DNA from: Eubacteriales bacterium
GTDB taxonomy: Bacteria > Bacillota > Clostridia > Oscillospirales > CAG-382
NCBI GenBank assembly: GCA_045612545.1
Contig: JAZKZH010000023.1
Span: 11,364 to 75,363, forward strand
Direction of reading: 5' to 3'
DNA length: 64,000 nucleotides
The translations under genes were made by a program, and so were the position numbers. The notes under the pieces were generated by a model. That model worked only from the letters and a program-made list of their open reading frames with translations. It was not told where the DNA came from and searched no databases. Numbering within the stretch: position 1 is the stretch's first letter; each line of letters begins with the position of its first letter. This document shows, in pieces, positions 34,914 to 44,998 of this stretch.

Positions 34914-37130
34914 TTACTTATCGGTGGTGGGCTTGTCGTAGGTGACCTTCATGTTGCCGTATTCGCTGAAGATAACGAATTCGGTGATGCCCTTACAGCC
35001 GGTAAGGGTGAGGTTCAGCTTGGACTTGGAATCGAATACCAGCTCGGCCTTCTTGTCGCCGAGTTTGGGGGTACCGAAGGCAGCCTTGATGGAGTCGTTG
35101 TCCAGCGCGGTACACTTGGTGAAGTTTGCGGTGGAGAGTGCCTTCAAAGTTACCAGATCCTTGATGTCCTTCAGGCTTTCGCATTCCTTCATGGTCAAGG
35201 TGGTAATGTACTCGTTGTCCTTAAGACCGCTCAGGCTTTCCAGCTTGGTGTTGGAAAGGTTCACAGTGGTCAGCTTCTTCAGCTCCTTCAGAGAGGGGAT
35301 CTCGGTGATGCCGGTCTTGTCGGCGGTGAGGGTGGCCAGCTCCTTCAGAGTCTCAATGCCGTTCAGGGAAGACAAGGTCTTGTTGTCGGTGAGGGTCAAA
35401 GAGGAGAGCTTGTCACAGCCGGTGAAGGTCATCGCGTTGGTATCGCCGGAGGTCAACTTGTTGTCGGAAAGATCCAGCTTGCCAAGCTTCTTGGCGGAGA
35501 GTGCGATGTTGGTGATATAGTTATCGGAAAGTTTGATGGTGAGGGTGTTGGTGTTGACCGCCTTTTCCTCTTCCTTTTCTACCTTCTTGTCGTTCTCAAT
35601 GTCATCGTCGGACATACCGGGATAGGTGGGGTTGAGGTCCTTCAGGCCGGTAACGTCCTCCAGGAAGTTATCGGACAGATCCAGGGAGCCCAGACGATCC
35701 AGCTTGGAAAGGTCGGGAGCGATCTTGATCTTGTTGTCGCCCAGAGCCAGGGTGATCAGCTTGGTCATACCGCTGACGGCGGAAGCATCGGTCAAAGCGT
35801 TGTCGGAAGCATTCAGATAGGTAACCTCGGTAGCGGCGGACAGAGCGGAAAGGTCTGCAATGCTGTTGCCGGACAGGTAAACGCTTTCCAGCTTGGTGAA
35901 GCCGTTTACAGCGCTGATGTCGGTGAGCTTGCAATCCAAAGCGTGGAGAAGCTTCAGCTCGGTCATGGTCTCAACGCCCTTCAGGGTCTCGATGGGGTTG
36001 GTGGCAACGGAGAGATACTTGATGTTCTTCAGAGAAGACAGCGCGGAAAGATCGGAAACGTTGTTGTTGGAAATGTCCAGATACTTCAGGTTGGGAAGCT
36101 TGGACAGAACAGCCAAGGATTCGTTGGTAAGACCGGTGGTGTTGTATTCCACCTCGGTCTCCGTGCCTTCCTCTTCCTCGTCCTCTTCCTCGGGAGTCTT
36201 TTCTACCTCTTCTTCCTCGGAGGAGGTGTCGGCAGAGGTGTCGGCGGAGGTATCAGCGGAGGTATCAGCAGAGGTGTCGTGATCGTGGTCGTGATCGTGG
36301 TCGTGGTCGTCATCCTCTTCCTTTTCGGGCTCCTGTACGTTCAGGCTGTTCATGCTGAGGTAAGTCAGACCGGGAACCTTTTCCAATGCGGAAATATCGG
36401 TGAGCGCGGTGCTGGTTACGTCCAGCTTGTTCAGGTTGGGGAAGTTCTCAATGCCGTCCAGAGTGGTGATGCCGGTGTAGCAGATGGAAAGCTGCTCCAA
36501 CTTGGTGAGACCGGAAATCTGGTTCAGGCTGGTAAGGTTGGAGAGCTTGGTAGCCTCGATGAGGGTTCCCAGATCGTAGGGGGTGTTGCCAAGACCGATC
36601 TCGTTGTACCACTGGGTCTGCTCGCAGCCCTCTGCCATAGCGGAAAGCTCGGATACGTCGTAGGCGCGGAGCATACGCAGATTGCGGAACAGGTTCAGGT
36701 CTTCGGGGTCGCTGAGGACGTAGTAAATCTGGGTGACACTGTTGGAATAATCGGTCGTATCCTCTTTGTCAACCTCGTAATCGGGGTCGGTCTGCTTCAT
36801 CAGTGCGTCGGTATAGGTCTTGTCGCACAGCATGACCACGGGATATGCGTAGGACTGATAGCTGGACGTGGTGTCCACACCTACGCTGCAGAAGTATACC
36901 AGACCCTCAAAACGGTCCAGATCCTCCTGGGTGAGGTCATACTGAGAAGAGAGTCCCAAAGCGGAAGCGATAGCGGAAGCAAAGTCCTTGTCGTTGAACT
37001 CCTGGTAGAAGGAGAGCTTGTGGGAGATGCTGATCACGATGGTGCTTGCCAGCATGATGAACACCAGTGCGCAGCAAATAATCGCAGCCCAGAGCTGCTT
37101 TTTTTGCTTTGTCTTGTAGATAGATGCCAT
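34914..37130 (-). CDS. membrane-anchored leucine-rich-repeat (internalin-like) protein
   Basis: 738 aa with an N-terminal TM anchor. Two blocks of ~22-aa LRRs (L..L..L.L..N.I.D.S.L) are split by a (TSAD)4 / (HD)n / poly-E linker. Confidence 0.8.
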   Translation of the reverse strand: MASIYKTKQKKQLWAAIICCALVFIMLASTIVISISHKLSFYQEFNDKDFASAIASALGLSSQYDLTQEDLDRFEGLVYFCSVGVDTTSSYQSYAYPVVMLCDKTYTDALMKQTDPDYEVDKEDTTDYSNSVTQIYYVLSDPEDLNLFRNLRMLRAYDVSELSAMAEGCEQTQWYNEIGLGNTPYDLGTLIEATKLSNLTSLNQISGLTKLEQLSICYTGITTLDGIENFPNLNKLDVTSTALTDISALEKVPGLTYLSMNSLNVQEPEKEEDDDHDHDHDHDHDTSADTSADTSADTSADTSSEEEEVEKTPEEEDEEEEGTETEVEYNTTGLTNESLAVLSKLPNLKYLDISNNNVSDLSALSSLKNIKYLSVATNPIETLKGVETMTELKLLHALDCKLTDISAVNGFTKLESVYLSGNSIADLSALSAATEVTYLNASDNALTDASAVSGMTKLITLALGDNKIKIAPDLSKLDRLGSLDLSDNFLEDVTGLKDLNPTYPGMSDDDIENDKKVEKEEEKAVNTNTLTIKLSDNYITNIALSAKKLGKLDLSDNKLTSGDTNAMTFTGCDKLSSLTLTDNKTLSSLNGIETLKELATLTADKTGITEIPSLKELKKLTTVNLSNTKLESLSGLKDNEYITTLTMKECESLKDIKDLVTLKALSTANFTKCTALDNDSIKAAFGTPKLGDKKAELVFDSKSKLNLTLTGCKGITEFVIFSEYGNMKVTYDKPTTDK
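36222..36312 (-). repeat. in-frame low-complexity repeats: 12-bp x4 (TSAD) and 6-bp (HD) units
   Basis: GAGGTGTCGGCA-type and GTGATCGTGGTC-type units read directly. Encodes HDHDHDHDHDTSADTSADTSADTSAD. Confidence 0.9.
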
Positions 37131-37173
37131 GTTGTTTCCTCCGAAACTTGAGAATTCTTTATTTCAATAGGGT

Positions 37174-37202
37174 ATTGTATCACAAAAAGTTGACAATTGC
37201 AA
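37174..37202 (-). promoter_or_regulatory. promoter TTGCAA-N17-TACAAT for the LRR gene
   Basis: Read on the minus strand with exact 17-nt spacing. Confidence 0.45.
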
Positions 37203-37227
37203 GAGGTATTTGCTTTTTCTGTGGAAA

Positions 37228-38523
37228 TTATCCTTCCCACTTGGCAAGAAGCAGGAACATTTTCGAAGCGATTTGGTAATCGGCCTCGGTTCTGCCGTAG
37301 GTTTCGCTACCTTCCTCGGGGGCCTTGCGCATACACAAATAGGAGACTGCGCCCAGCTCGTAGAAGCCCGTTGCATTATATAAAGGAAGGGAATTGAGCT
37401 TCACCGCCACGCCGTCCACTGCGCCTGCCAGCTCGGCCAGCTCCTTGGGCAGGGGGGCAAGCAGATCGTTTTCCTTTGCGTATTCGTAGGATTGCCGATC
37501 CAACAGGAACAGACATTCTTTTCCGGTCACCAAGCGGGTACGGATGGATTTTGCGGTGATCTCTGCGGTCAAGCCATTGCCGCTGCGGGTGAGATCTGCC
37601 AGCACGCCGCGCTTTGCGCCGTCGCCGTTTTCGTCTGCGGTGAGCTTATTCAAAAGCGCCTCCACGGGCAGACGGACGGTTTTGTACACAGGCTCTTCCC
37701 CCACGTAAAGCAGGGAGAAGTCCGACGGGGTTTGGGTGTCGATCACACGGCTTTTATCGGTATAGGTGGCCATGGCCACAAACAGATCGCGGTGGTATTC
37801 CCAATCCTCCATGGTACGGCCGTAGGAGATGGCATCCTTTTCGGGGCTTCTCCGCAGACAGACCACAGCCTCCGAAGGCATTTTTGCAAAGCCGGGAAGG
37901 GCGTGGCAATCCAGATTGCCGATGGGAATGCCGTAGCCGTCAAAGCTCAGGGAAGCATCGATTCCCAATTCGGAGAGAGGGGCGAGGATCCCTTCTGCCA
38001 GTACCTGACGGTAGAAGTAAGGCTCCAAGAAATACAGCAGGGTGTCACCTGCCCGCAATTCCGTTTGGAAACGGGTGTAGGTGGTGTTTTGATCGTCGTA
38101 GGTGTATTCAATGCCATCGGCGTCCTTGATGTGGGACACAGTGAGATCCAAAAAGTCAAAGCGGAAGTGACCGTCCTTGTTGTAATCTCCTTCTGCTTCC
38201 CCGGAAAGGAGGACTATGCTGTTCCCCAGATTGTCCTTTTCCGCAGGGTTCATATAGAATGGGCCTACGTACATCATGGAAAGATCCGGATTGGAGGTGG
38301 AGGACATCTGGGAAATGCTGATGATGATTCCCACCACGATCACGCCCACGATCAGAATGGGCCATTTGTAGTATTCTCCGATGTATTCCATCCATCCCCG
38401 GAAGCCGGGGCGACGTTTTTCGTACTTCTCCTGCTCGTCACGGGTATCCTCGGAGGAATCCCCCTCCGCCGCTTCCTGCTCCCGGAGCTTTTTGATTTCT
38501 TTCATTTGTTTGTATTCGCGCAT
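37228..38523 (-). CDS. membrane-anchored hypothetical protein
   Basis: Start MREYKQMKEIKK at 38523 (GGAGGC RBS). Acidic/basic N-terminus, one TM, large extracytoplasmic domain. The ORF-track start at 38580 was discarded. Confidence 0.55.
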   Translation of the reverse strand: MREYKQMKEIKKLREQEAAEGDSSEDTRDEQEKYEKRRPGFRGWMEYIGEYYKWPILIVGVIVVGIIISISQMSSTSNPDLSMMYVGPFYMNPAEKDNLGNSIVLLSGEAEGDYNKDGHFRFDFLDLTVSHIKDADGIEYTYDDQNTTYTRFQTELRAGDTLLYFLEPYFYRQVLAEGILAPLSELGIDASLSFDGYGIPIGNLDCHALPGFAKMPSEAVVCLRRSPEKDAISYGRTMEDWEYHRDLFVAMATYTDKSRVIDTQTPSDFSLLYVGEEPVYKTVRLPVEALLNKLTADENGDGAKRGVLADLTRSGNGLTAEITAKSIRTRLVTGKECLFLLDRQSYEYAKENDLLAPLPKELAELAGAVDGVAVKLNSLPLYNATGFYELGAVSYLCMRKAPEEGSETYGRTEADYQIASKMFLLLAKWEG

Positions 38524-38679
38524 AAAAGTGCCTCCGCGTTGAAGTCTATCCATTATACCACAGTTTCCCCTGCTTGGCAAGAGGGGAAATTGTTAAATAA
38601 TTTACTTTGATCTATGACGGGAAAGCAAAAAGGACAGACAACCTGTGAGGTCGCTGTCCTTTGTTGATGGGGATGCTTT

Positions 38680-40185
38680 TTATTCGCCGAAGGATGCCAG
38701 ATCGTCCATCAGATCTTCGATGGCAATTCTTGCGGCATCGCTGTAGGTATCGAAGCGGGAGGCGTAGTTGGTGTCAACGGTGTAGTAGCAGGTCATGAGA
38801 GAGCCCCAGTTGAAGATGGGCCCCAAGTCGAAGGAACGGGTGGCGAAGATGAGGTCCAGCATTGCCTCGGACTCATCGTCACGAGCGTCTCTGCCCTTCA
38901 GCTGTACTTCGTAGAACTCGGGGGTGACGCTTTCCTGAGACTTCATTGCCAAAGCCTCGATGACCAGACCCAGATCCTCTACCTCCGGAACACCGCGGGG
39001 GATCATCATGTAAGAGGAGTTGCCGGGGGAAACGGTGTGATAGTAGTTGTCCTGATCGGCAAAGGTTTTGGGCATGGGCAGGATGCCGAAGTTATCCTGC
39101 ATACTGCGGAAGCCTGCAACGTTGATGAGGCCGCAGATGTAGAACAGCTCTCTGCCTTCGATAAAGGCCTTGTGAACGGTGGCTTCCCAAACGTTGGAGT
39201 AGCCCTTGCCGTCATACTTGCCGCCGTCGGCAACCATAACGTCCTTGCTGAGGTAGAAATTGATGATCTTGTCCAATGCCGCGTAGGTACGCTCGGTCTC
39301 TACGTCTACGGTGAGGAAGGGGATGTCTTCGTCATCCTTGGAGATGGAGTGTACACCGCCGCCAACCACCTGTGCGAATACGTTGAACTTCTCGGTACCA
39401 ACCGCCCAGCGGTCCTGCTCGTCCTGACCGTCGCCGTTCAAGTCGGAGGTGATGGTGTAGGTTTGGCAGATCTCCATGAGGTAATCCATCGTCCATTGGC
39501 CGTCGGTAGCCTTCTGGTAGAAGTCGTCGGTAATGCCCAAGGTGTCCTTCAGATCCTTGTTGAACAGAACGCACCAGGTACCCAGGTTATCGTAGGTGTT
39601 GATGTCACCGCAGACCCAGAACAGCTTATCGTCGATGGAAACGTCTTCCACGCAGTTCTGGTCCCACCAGGAGTTGGAAAGATTGATGGTGGAAACGTTC
39701 TTCAGGTTGGTGAGGTAGTCGTTGCAAAGCAGGTTCTGTGCATAGTGCGCGCTTGCAAATACGATGTCGTAGGAATAGGTGCCGCTGGTAACCATGGTGC
39801 CTACGTCCGTCAGGAAGGAGGAGGAATTGGTAACCATACCGCCGATGGTAACCTTGTATTCGGCTTCCACAGCGTCCACAACGGCGGCCTTTGCCACGTC
39901 AACGCGGCCCAACTGACCCTCTGCGTTGGAAATAACTTCGCCGGTGTAGCCCAGAATAGAGGCGCTTCCCGCACTCCAGTCCCAGCAGAGGATGTTGATC
40001 TCTCTGCCATCGAGCTCCTTGATCTCGGGCGCGATATCGGTGTTGCCTGTGCTCTCATCGGAAATGGAGGTGTCGCCACCTGTGGAGGTATTGTTGGTGC
40101 CGCTGTTTTTGTTACAGCCCGCCATCAAAGGCAGTGCCAGAGCAAGAACCATCAGCAGGACCAAAATCTTTTTCAAATGCTTCAT
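38680..40185 (-). CDS. extracellular solute-binding lipoprotein (ABC-type SBP family), paralog 1
   Basis: Start MKHLKKILVLLMVLALALPLMAGC (lipobox) at 40185. ~500-aa SBP-like protein with WWDQ and GDINTYDNLG motifs shared with its paralogs. Confidence 0.7.
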   Translation of the reverse strand: MKHLKKILVLLMVLALALPLMAGCNKNSGTNNTSTGGDTSISDESTGNTDIAPEIKELDGREINILCWDWSAGSASILGYTGEVISNAEGQLGRVDVAKAAVVDAVEAEYKVTIGGMVTNSSSFLTDVGTMVTSGTYSYDIVFASAHYAQNLLCNDYLTNLKNVSTINLSNSWWDQNCVEDVSIDDKLFWVCGDINTYDNLGTWCVLFNKDLKDTLGITDDFYQKATDGQWTMDYLMEICQTYTITSDLNGDGQDEQDRWAVGTEKFNVFAQVVGGGVHSISKDDEDIPFLTVDVETERTYAALDKIINFYLSKDVMVADGGKYDGKGYSNVWEATVHKAFIEGRELFYICGLINVAGFRSMQDNFGILPMPKTFADQDNYYHTVSPGNSSYMMIPRGVPEVEDLGLVIEALAMKSQESVTPEFYEVQLKGRDARDDESEAMLDLIFATRSFDLGPIFNWGSLMTCYYTVDTNYASRFDTYSDAARIAIEDLMDDLASFGE

Positions 40186-40393
40186 ATTTTCTCCTTTTTG
40201 ATTGGCTTTTTCCAAAGTATTGTAGCACATTTCTTTTCGTTTGTCAAGAACAGGAAAAAGCGCTTGGTAACAATAAAGGTTTCAAGCAAAAACCGCTTTC
40301 TTCATCATTTAAGATGAAAAAAGCGATTTTTCTTCATTTATTGAATCTTTGCGTTTTTGATTCTGCGCTGAATGACGCAGCTCTCGGGGGCGC

Positions 40394-41899
40394 TTATTCT
40401 GCTTCTACGTAGGCATCCCAGATGTCCAGACAATCCTCGATGGCCATTCTTGCGGCATCGCTGTAGGTTTCAAAGCGGGAAGCGTAGTTGGTATCCATTA
40501 TCTTGTAGCAGGTCATGATGGAGCCCCAGTCGAACACGGGAGCCAAGTCAAAGGAACGGGTTGCGAAGATGATGTCCAGCATATCCGCAGACTCGCTGTC
40601 GCGGGTATCTCTGCCCTTGAGCTGCTGATCGTAGAACTCGGGGGTAACGCTTTCCTGAGACTTCATGGCCAGAGCCTCGATCACCAGACCCAGATCCTCC
40701 ACGTTGGGAACACCGTAGGGGATCATCATGTAGGAGGAGTTACCGGGGGAGACGGTGTGGTAATAGGTGTCCTGCTCCGCAAAGGTCTTGGGCATGGGCA
40801 AAATACCGAACTCGTTGTCCATGCTGCGGAAGCCTGCTACGTTGATCAGGCCGCAGATGTAGAACAATTCTCTGCCCTCGATGAAGGCCTTATGTACGGT
40901 GGCCTCCCACACGTTGGAGTAGCCCTTGCCGTCGTACTTGCCGCCGTTGGCAACCATGACCTCGCCGCCGTTGTAGAAGGTGATGATCTTATCCAGCGCC
41001 GCATAGGTACGCTCGGTGGCATCGTCCACGGTGAGGTAGGGCGTATCGGAATCGTCCTTGGAGACGGCGTGGATACCGCCGCCTACTACTTGGGCGAAGA
41101 TGTTGAAGGTTTCGGTGCCGCAGGCCCACTGGTCAAATTCGTCCTGACCGTCGCCGTTCAGATCTCTGGTAACACCCTGGCAGATCTCCATGAAGTAGTC
41201 CATGGTCCAATCGCCGTCCTTTGCCTTCTGATAGAAGTCGTCGGCAATGCCCAAGTCGTCCTTCAGATTCTTGTTGAACAGCACGCACCAAGTACCCAGG
41301 TTATCGTAGGTATTGATGTCACCGCAGACCCAGAACAGTCTGTTGTGGATGGAAACGTCCTTCACACAGTTCTGATCCCACCAGGAGTTGGAAAGATTGA
41401 TGGTGTTGATGGTGTTCAGGTCGGTAAGAGCACCGTTCATGGCGAAGTCAGCTCCGCCGCCTGCGCCCGTAAAGATGATGTCGTATTCATAGATGCCGGA
41501 GGTGACCATGTTCTTCACGTCGGAAGAAAAGGAGCCCTTGTTGGTAACCAGACCGCTGATGGTCACTTTGTATTCGGCTTCTACCGCGTCAATGACTGCG
41601 GCCTTGGCGATGTCCACGCGGCTGGGATCGATCTCGTTGTTGGAAATGATCTCACCGGTGTAGCCAAGAATAGAGGCGCTTCCCGCACTCCAGTCCCAGC
41701 AAAGCACGTTGATCACTCTGCCCTCAAGATCCTTCACCTCGGGGGCAACGTCCTCGTGCCCTTGGGATTCTTCTTCGGAGATGGTAGTGCTTACATCCTG
41801 AGAAGAGGTTTCCGCAATGTTTTTGTTACAGCCGGCCAGTAAGGTCAGCGCCATTGCGCATAATGTTAAGAGAATCAAAAGCTTTTTTGCTGAAAACAT
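40394..41899 (-). CDS. extracellular solute-binding lipoprotein, paralog 2
   Basis: Start MFSAKKLLILLTLCAMALTLLAGC at 41899. Long identical stretches with paralog 1. Confidence 0.7.
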   Translation of the reverse strand: MFSAKKLLILLTLCAMALTLLAGCNKNIAETSSQDVSTTISEEESQGHEDVAPEVKDLEGRVINVLCWDWSAGSASILGYTGEIISNNEIDPSRVDIAKAAVIDAVEAEYKVTISGLVTNKGSFSSDVKNMVTSGIYEYDIIFTGAGGGADFAMNGALTDLNTINTINLSNSWWDQNCVKDVSIHNRLFWVCGDINTYDNLGTWCVLFNKNLKDDLGIADDFYQKAKDGDWTMDYFMEICQGVTRDLNGDGQDEFDQWACGTETFNIFAQVVGGGIHAVSKDDSDTPYLTVDDATERTYAALDKIITFYNGGEVMVANGGKYDGKGYSNVWEATVHKAFIEGRELFYICGLINVAGFRSMDNEFGILPMPKTFAEQDTYYHTVSPGNSSYMMIPYGVPNVEDLGLVIEALAMKSQESVTPEFYDQQLKGRDTRDSESADMLDIIFATRSFDLAPVFDWGSIMTCYKIMDTNYASRFETYSDAARMAIEDCLDIWDAYVEAE

Positions 41900-42004
41900 A
41901 AGCGTCTCCTTTGGTAACTTTTTTTGGATTTTAACACGAATCTCGGCATTTGTCAAGGAAAAAAGGAGCCGGGATCAGACTCGGCTCCCTTTCTTGGGAA
42001 CAAT

Positions 42005-43522
42005 TTAGTTCAGAACGGGATCGTAGCCTTCCAGATCCTCCAGGGTATCCTCGAGGGCAATCTCTGCGTTGGACAGAATTGCGTCGAAACGGGAGGCGAC
42101 GTTGTCGGGGTTGATATCGTAGTAGCAGCCCATGATGGAGCCCCAGTTGTAGCTGACACCCAGGTCGAAGCAACGGGTGGCGAAGATGATATCCAGCATT
42201 TCCTCGGATTCATCGTCGCGGGCATCTCTGCCCTTCAGCTGTACTTCATAGAACTCGGGGGTAACGATCTCCTGAGACTTCATTGCCATAGCCTCGATAA
42301 CGGTACCCAGATCTTCGATACCGGGAATGCCGTAGGGAAGCATCAGGTAAGAGGAGTTATCGGGGGATACGGTGTGGTAGTATCTGTCCTGCTCCTCGTA
42401 GAGCTTGGGCATGGGCAGGATACCCAGAGGGTCGGACATATCGCGGAAGCCTGCAAGGCTGATCAGACCGCAGATGTAGAACAGCTCTCTGCCTTCCTCA
42501 AAGGCCTTGATGATGGTGGATTCCCAAGGATTGGAATACTGGTTGTACTTGCCGCCGTTGGCAACCATAACGTTGCCGCCGTTGTAGAAGCCAAGGATCT
42601 TTTCCAGTGCGTTATAGGTACGCTCGGTCTCGAGAGAGAGGGTGAGATAGGGGATGTCGGTGGTGGGATCCTTCTCTGCAACGCGGATACCGCCGCCTAC
42701 CAGATGAGCATAGATGTTGAAGGTCTCGGTACCAACTGCCCAGCGGTCAAACTCGTTCTGGCCGTCGCCGTTCAGGTCGGAGGTGATCTCATAGTTCTGG
42801 CAGATCTCCATGAGGTAATCCAAGGTCCACTGGCCGTCTCTTGCCTTCTGATAGAAGTCGTCGGCAATGCCCAGATCGTCCTTCATCTTCTTGTTGAAAA
42901 GGACGCACCAGGTACCCAGGTTGTCGTAGGTGTTGATGTCGCCGCAAACGCGGAACAGACGGCCGTCGATGGAAAGATCCTCAACAGCGTTCTGATCCCA
43001 CCAAGAGTTTTCGAAATGGAGGGTGGAAACGGTGTTCAGGTCGGTCAGCAGATCGTTGGCCAGCATATTCAGGGTCTGGTTGGAGCTGGCGAAGATGATG
43101 TCGTAGGTAAAGGTGCCGGTGGTAACCATCTGCTGGACTTCTTCCATGATGTTACCGGTATCCATACGGTAGCCCTCACCGATGGTGCAGTTGTAGGTAG
43201 TTTCGATGTAGTTGACAACTTCCTTCTTTGCCTTGTCCACGCGGGAATAGTTGGGGTCGGATTCTTCGCTGTAAACGATTTCACCGGTATAGCCCTTGAT
43301 AGAGCCGGAGCTCATACCCCAGCCCCACTGAAGCACGTTGATCTCTCTCTTGTCCAGATCGATCACGTCAGGGTAAATGTTGGTGTCCACGGAAGTATCC
43401 CCGGAAACATCGCCGGAAACGCCACCCTCGGGAGTGGAGGTGGTTGCGGTATTGTTACAAGCCACCAGCAGGGGGAGTGCCATTACGCAGACCAACAAAA
43501 GCACGAAAAGTCTTTTTGCCAT
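42005..43522 (-). CDS. extracellular solute-binding lipoprotein, paralog 3
   Basis: MAKRLFVLLLVCVMALPLLVAC lipobox. Same family, more diverged. Confidence 0.7.
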   Translation of the reverse strand: MAKRLFVLLLVCVMALPLLVACNNTATTSTPEGGVSGDVSGDTSVDTNIYPDVIDLDKREINVLQWGWGMSSGSIKGYTGEIVYSEESDPNYSRVDKAKKEVVNYIETTYNCTIGEGYRMDTGNIMEEVQQMVTTGTFTYDIIFASSNQTLNMLANDLLTDLNTVSTLHFENSWWDQNAVEDLSIDGRLFRVCGDINTYDNLGTWCVLFNKKMKDDLGIADDFYQKARDGQWTLDYLMEICQNYEITSDLNGDGQNEFDRWAVGTETFNIYAHLVGGGIRVAEKDPTTDIPYLTLSLETERTYNALEKILGFYNGGNVMVANGGKYNQYSNPWESTIIKAFEEGRELFYICGLISLAGFRDMSDPLGILPMPKLYEEQDRYYHTVSPDNSSYLMLPYGIPGIEDLGTVIEAMAMKSQEIVTPEFYEVQLKGRDARDDESEEMLDIIFATRCFDLGVSYNWGSIMGCYYDINPDNVASRFDAILSNAEIALEDTLEDLEGYDPVLN

Positions 43523-43621
43523 GTGAATCAGTCTCCTGTTAATTCGATGATATTTTGCAAGGGTTTCTTACATTGTTCACATTATAGTATATTTTGCGCC
43601 TCTTGTCAAGGGAGAAAGCGA

Positions 43622-43650
43622 TTGACAAAACGAAAAAAACGGTGTATAAT
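43622..43650 (+). promoter_or_regulatory. perfect consensus promoter TTGACA-N17-TATAAT
   Basis: -35 at 43622-43627 and -10 at 43645-43650. A divergent TTGACA-N17-TATAAT for paralog 3 lies just upstream on the minus strand. Confidence 0.6.
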
Positions 43651-43659
43651 ACCAAAAGA

Positions 43660-44628
43660 ATGATTTTAGAAAGGATGGACACTGTGGCTGTCTCTCTCAG
43701 AAATTTTTTCCTGACCTTCGTGCTGGCGCTTTGCCTGTTCGGTTGGTTGGGCTATGAATACTACGATGAATTGAAGGCGCTTCTGCCTACCGAGCAGCAG
43801 GAGGTCTCCCAGGAGGTTTCGGAGAACGAATCCTCCGGTGAGGAGCAATCCGGCCCCGGAAGCATTATCCTTCCCGGCGGCGGAGGGGATGATCTGGGCT
43901 GCTTGAGCGGATTGGTCGTCACCAAGAACGAAAAGGGCGAGGTGACCAAGGCGGAGTTTATTCGTTTGAATTCCAACCGTAAGGCGGTGCTGGCCTGTGA
44001 TCTGCCGCTCAGCGCAAATTTGTATAATGACGTGGGCGCGTTGGTGCCCTTGCGGGATTTCCTGCGGATCTACGATGGGGAGCGGTCCGCCGTAGCCATT
44101 GCCGCACTGGTGGGTTACCACGCAGATTTTTACGTTGAGCTGACTGCAGGCGCTTTGGATGCTCTGGTGGCCAATATGCAGCAGCCCCATTTCCTGATCC
44201 CTCAAGAGATCAACTACGTGAATCCCATCTATGCGGGGGTGACGGAGTTCCCCGGCGGAACGGTACCCTCCGACTATTGGAAGCACGTTGCCGCAGGCAA
44301 CATCACCATTACCGAGGAGGTTCTTGCCATCCTGCGGGAGCATTACGGGCTTTGCGACGGCTCTGACGGTCACGGCAGCTATGCCGCCCTGGCAAGCTCT
44401 ATGCTCAATTCCTTCCTGGATCAGCTGCTCACCGAGCAGAAGGCAGCTATGCTTGCCGACCCCGCCCGCTTTGCCGCGGCGGTATCCGGGATGAACACCA
44501 ATATGGACACCGCTTTTATGGAGCAGTGGGGGGAGCTTCTGATGAAGTACGGCTCCTACCGAAAGGTGGAGATCACCTACACCACCAGAGATGCCACGCT
44601 GAAGGCGTTTAAGGACGCAGAGCAATAA
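43660..44628 (+). CDS. membrane-anchored hypothetical protein (weak LCP/LytR-like resemblance)
   Basis: The promoter lies inside the ORF-track N-terminus, so the start must be at or after 43655. Candidates are ATG 43660, ATG 43675 and GTG 43684 (AAAGGA 8 nt upstream). One TM, then an E/S-rich linker. Confidence 0.5.
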   Translation: MILERMDTVAVSLRNFFLTFVLALCLFGWLGYEYYDELKALLPTEQQEVSQEVSENESSGEEQSGPGSIILPGGGGDDLGCLSGLVVTKNEKGEVTKAEFIRLNSNRKAVLACDLPLSANLYNDVGALVPLRDFLRIYDGERSAVAIAALVGYHADFYVELTAGALDALVANMQQPHFLIPQEINYVNPIYAGVTEFPGGTVPSDYWKHVAAGNITITEEVLAILREHYGLCDGSDGHGSYAALASSMLNSFLDQLLTEQKAAMLADPARFAAAVSGMNTNMDTAFMEQWGELLMKYGSYRKVEITYTTRDATLKAFKDAEQ

Positions 44629-44734
44629 CGGGTATCATTTCCGCAAAATGTGTCAAAAAAAGTGGGAATCCCTCTTGCAAAATGAAAATCTTTGTGATAT
44701 AGTATATTTACACTAATTTTTGGAGGTATTCGAA

Positions 44735-44908
44735 ATGGCTTTCTCTATTGATAAGGACGTTTGCCTGGGCTGTGGCGCATGCGAGGCTGAGTGCCCCGTA
44801 GGTGCGATCCACGCTGATGCTGACGGCAAGTACGAGATCGATGCAGACGCTTGTCTGGATTGCGGCGCTTGTGAAGGCACCTGCCCCGTTGGCGCTGCTA
44901 AGGCGTAA
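44735..44908 (+). CDS. 2x[4Fe-4S] ferredoxin
   Basis: 57 aa with GGAGG 8 nt upstream. Two CxxCxxCxxxCP motifs. Confidence 0.9.
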   Translation: MAFSIDKDVCLGCGACEAECPVGAIHADADGKYEIDADACLDCGACEGTCPVGAAKA

Positions 44909-44998
44909 GGCATTGTAAAACCGAACGGCGAAATGCGCTTCCCGGGGGTCTCGGGGAGCGTTTTTTGTTGGCCGCGTGATTTTGGAAAGGCTTTGGCT

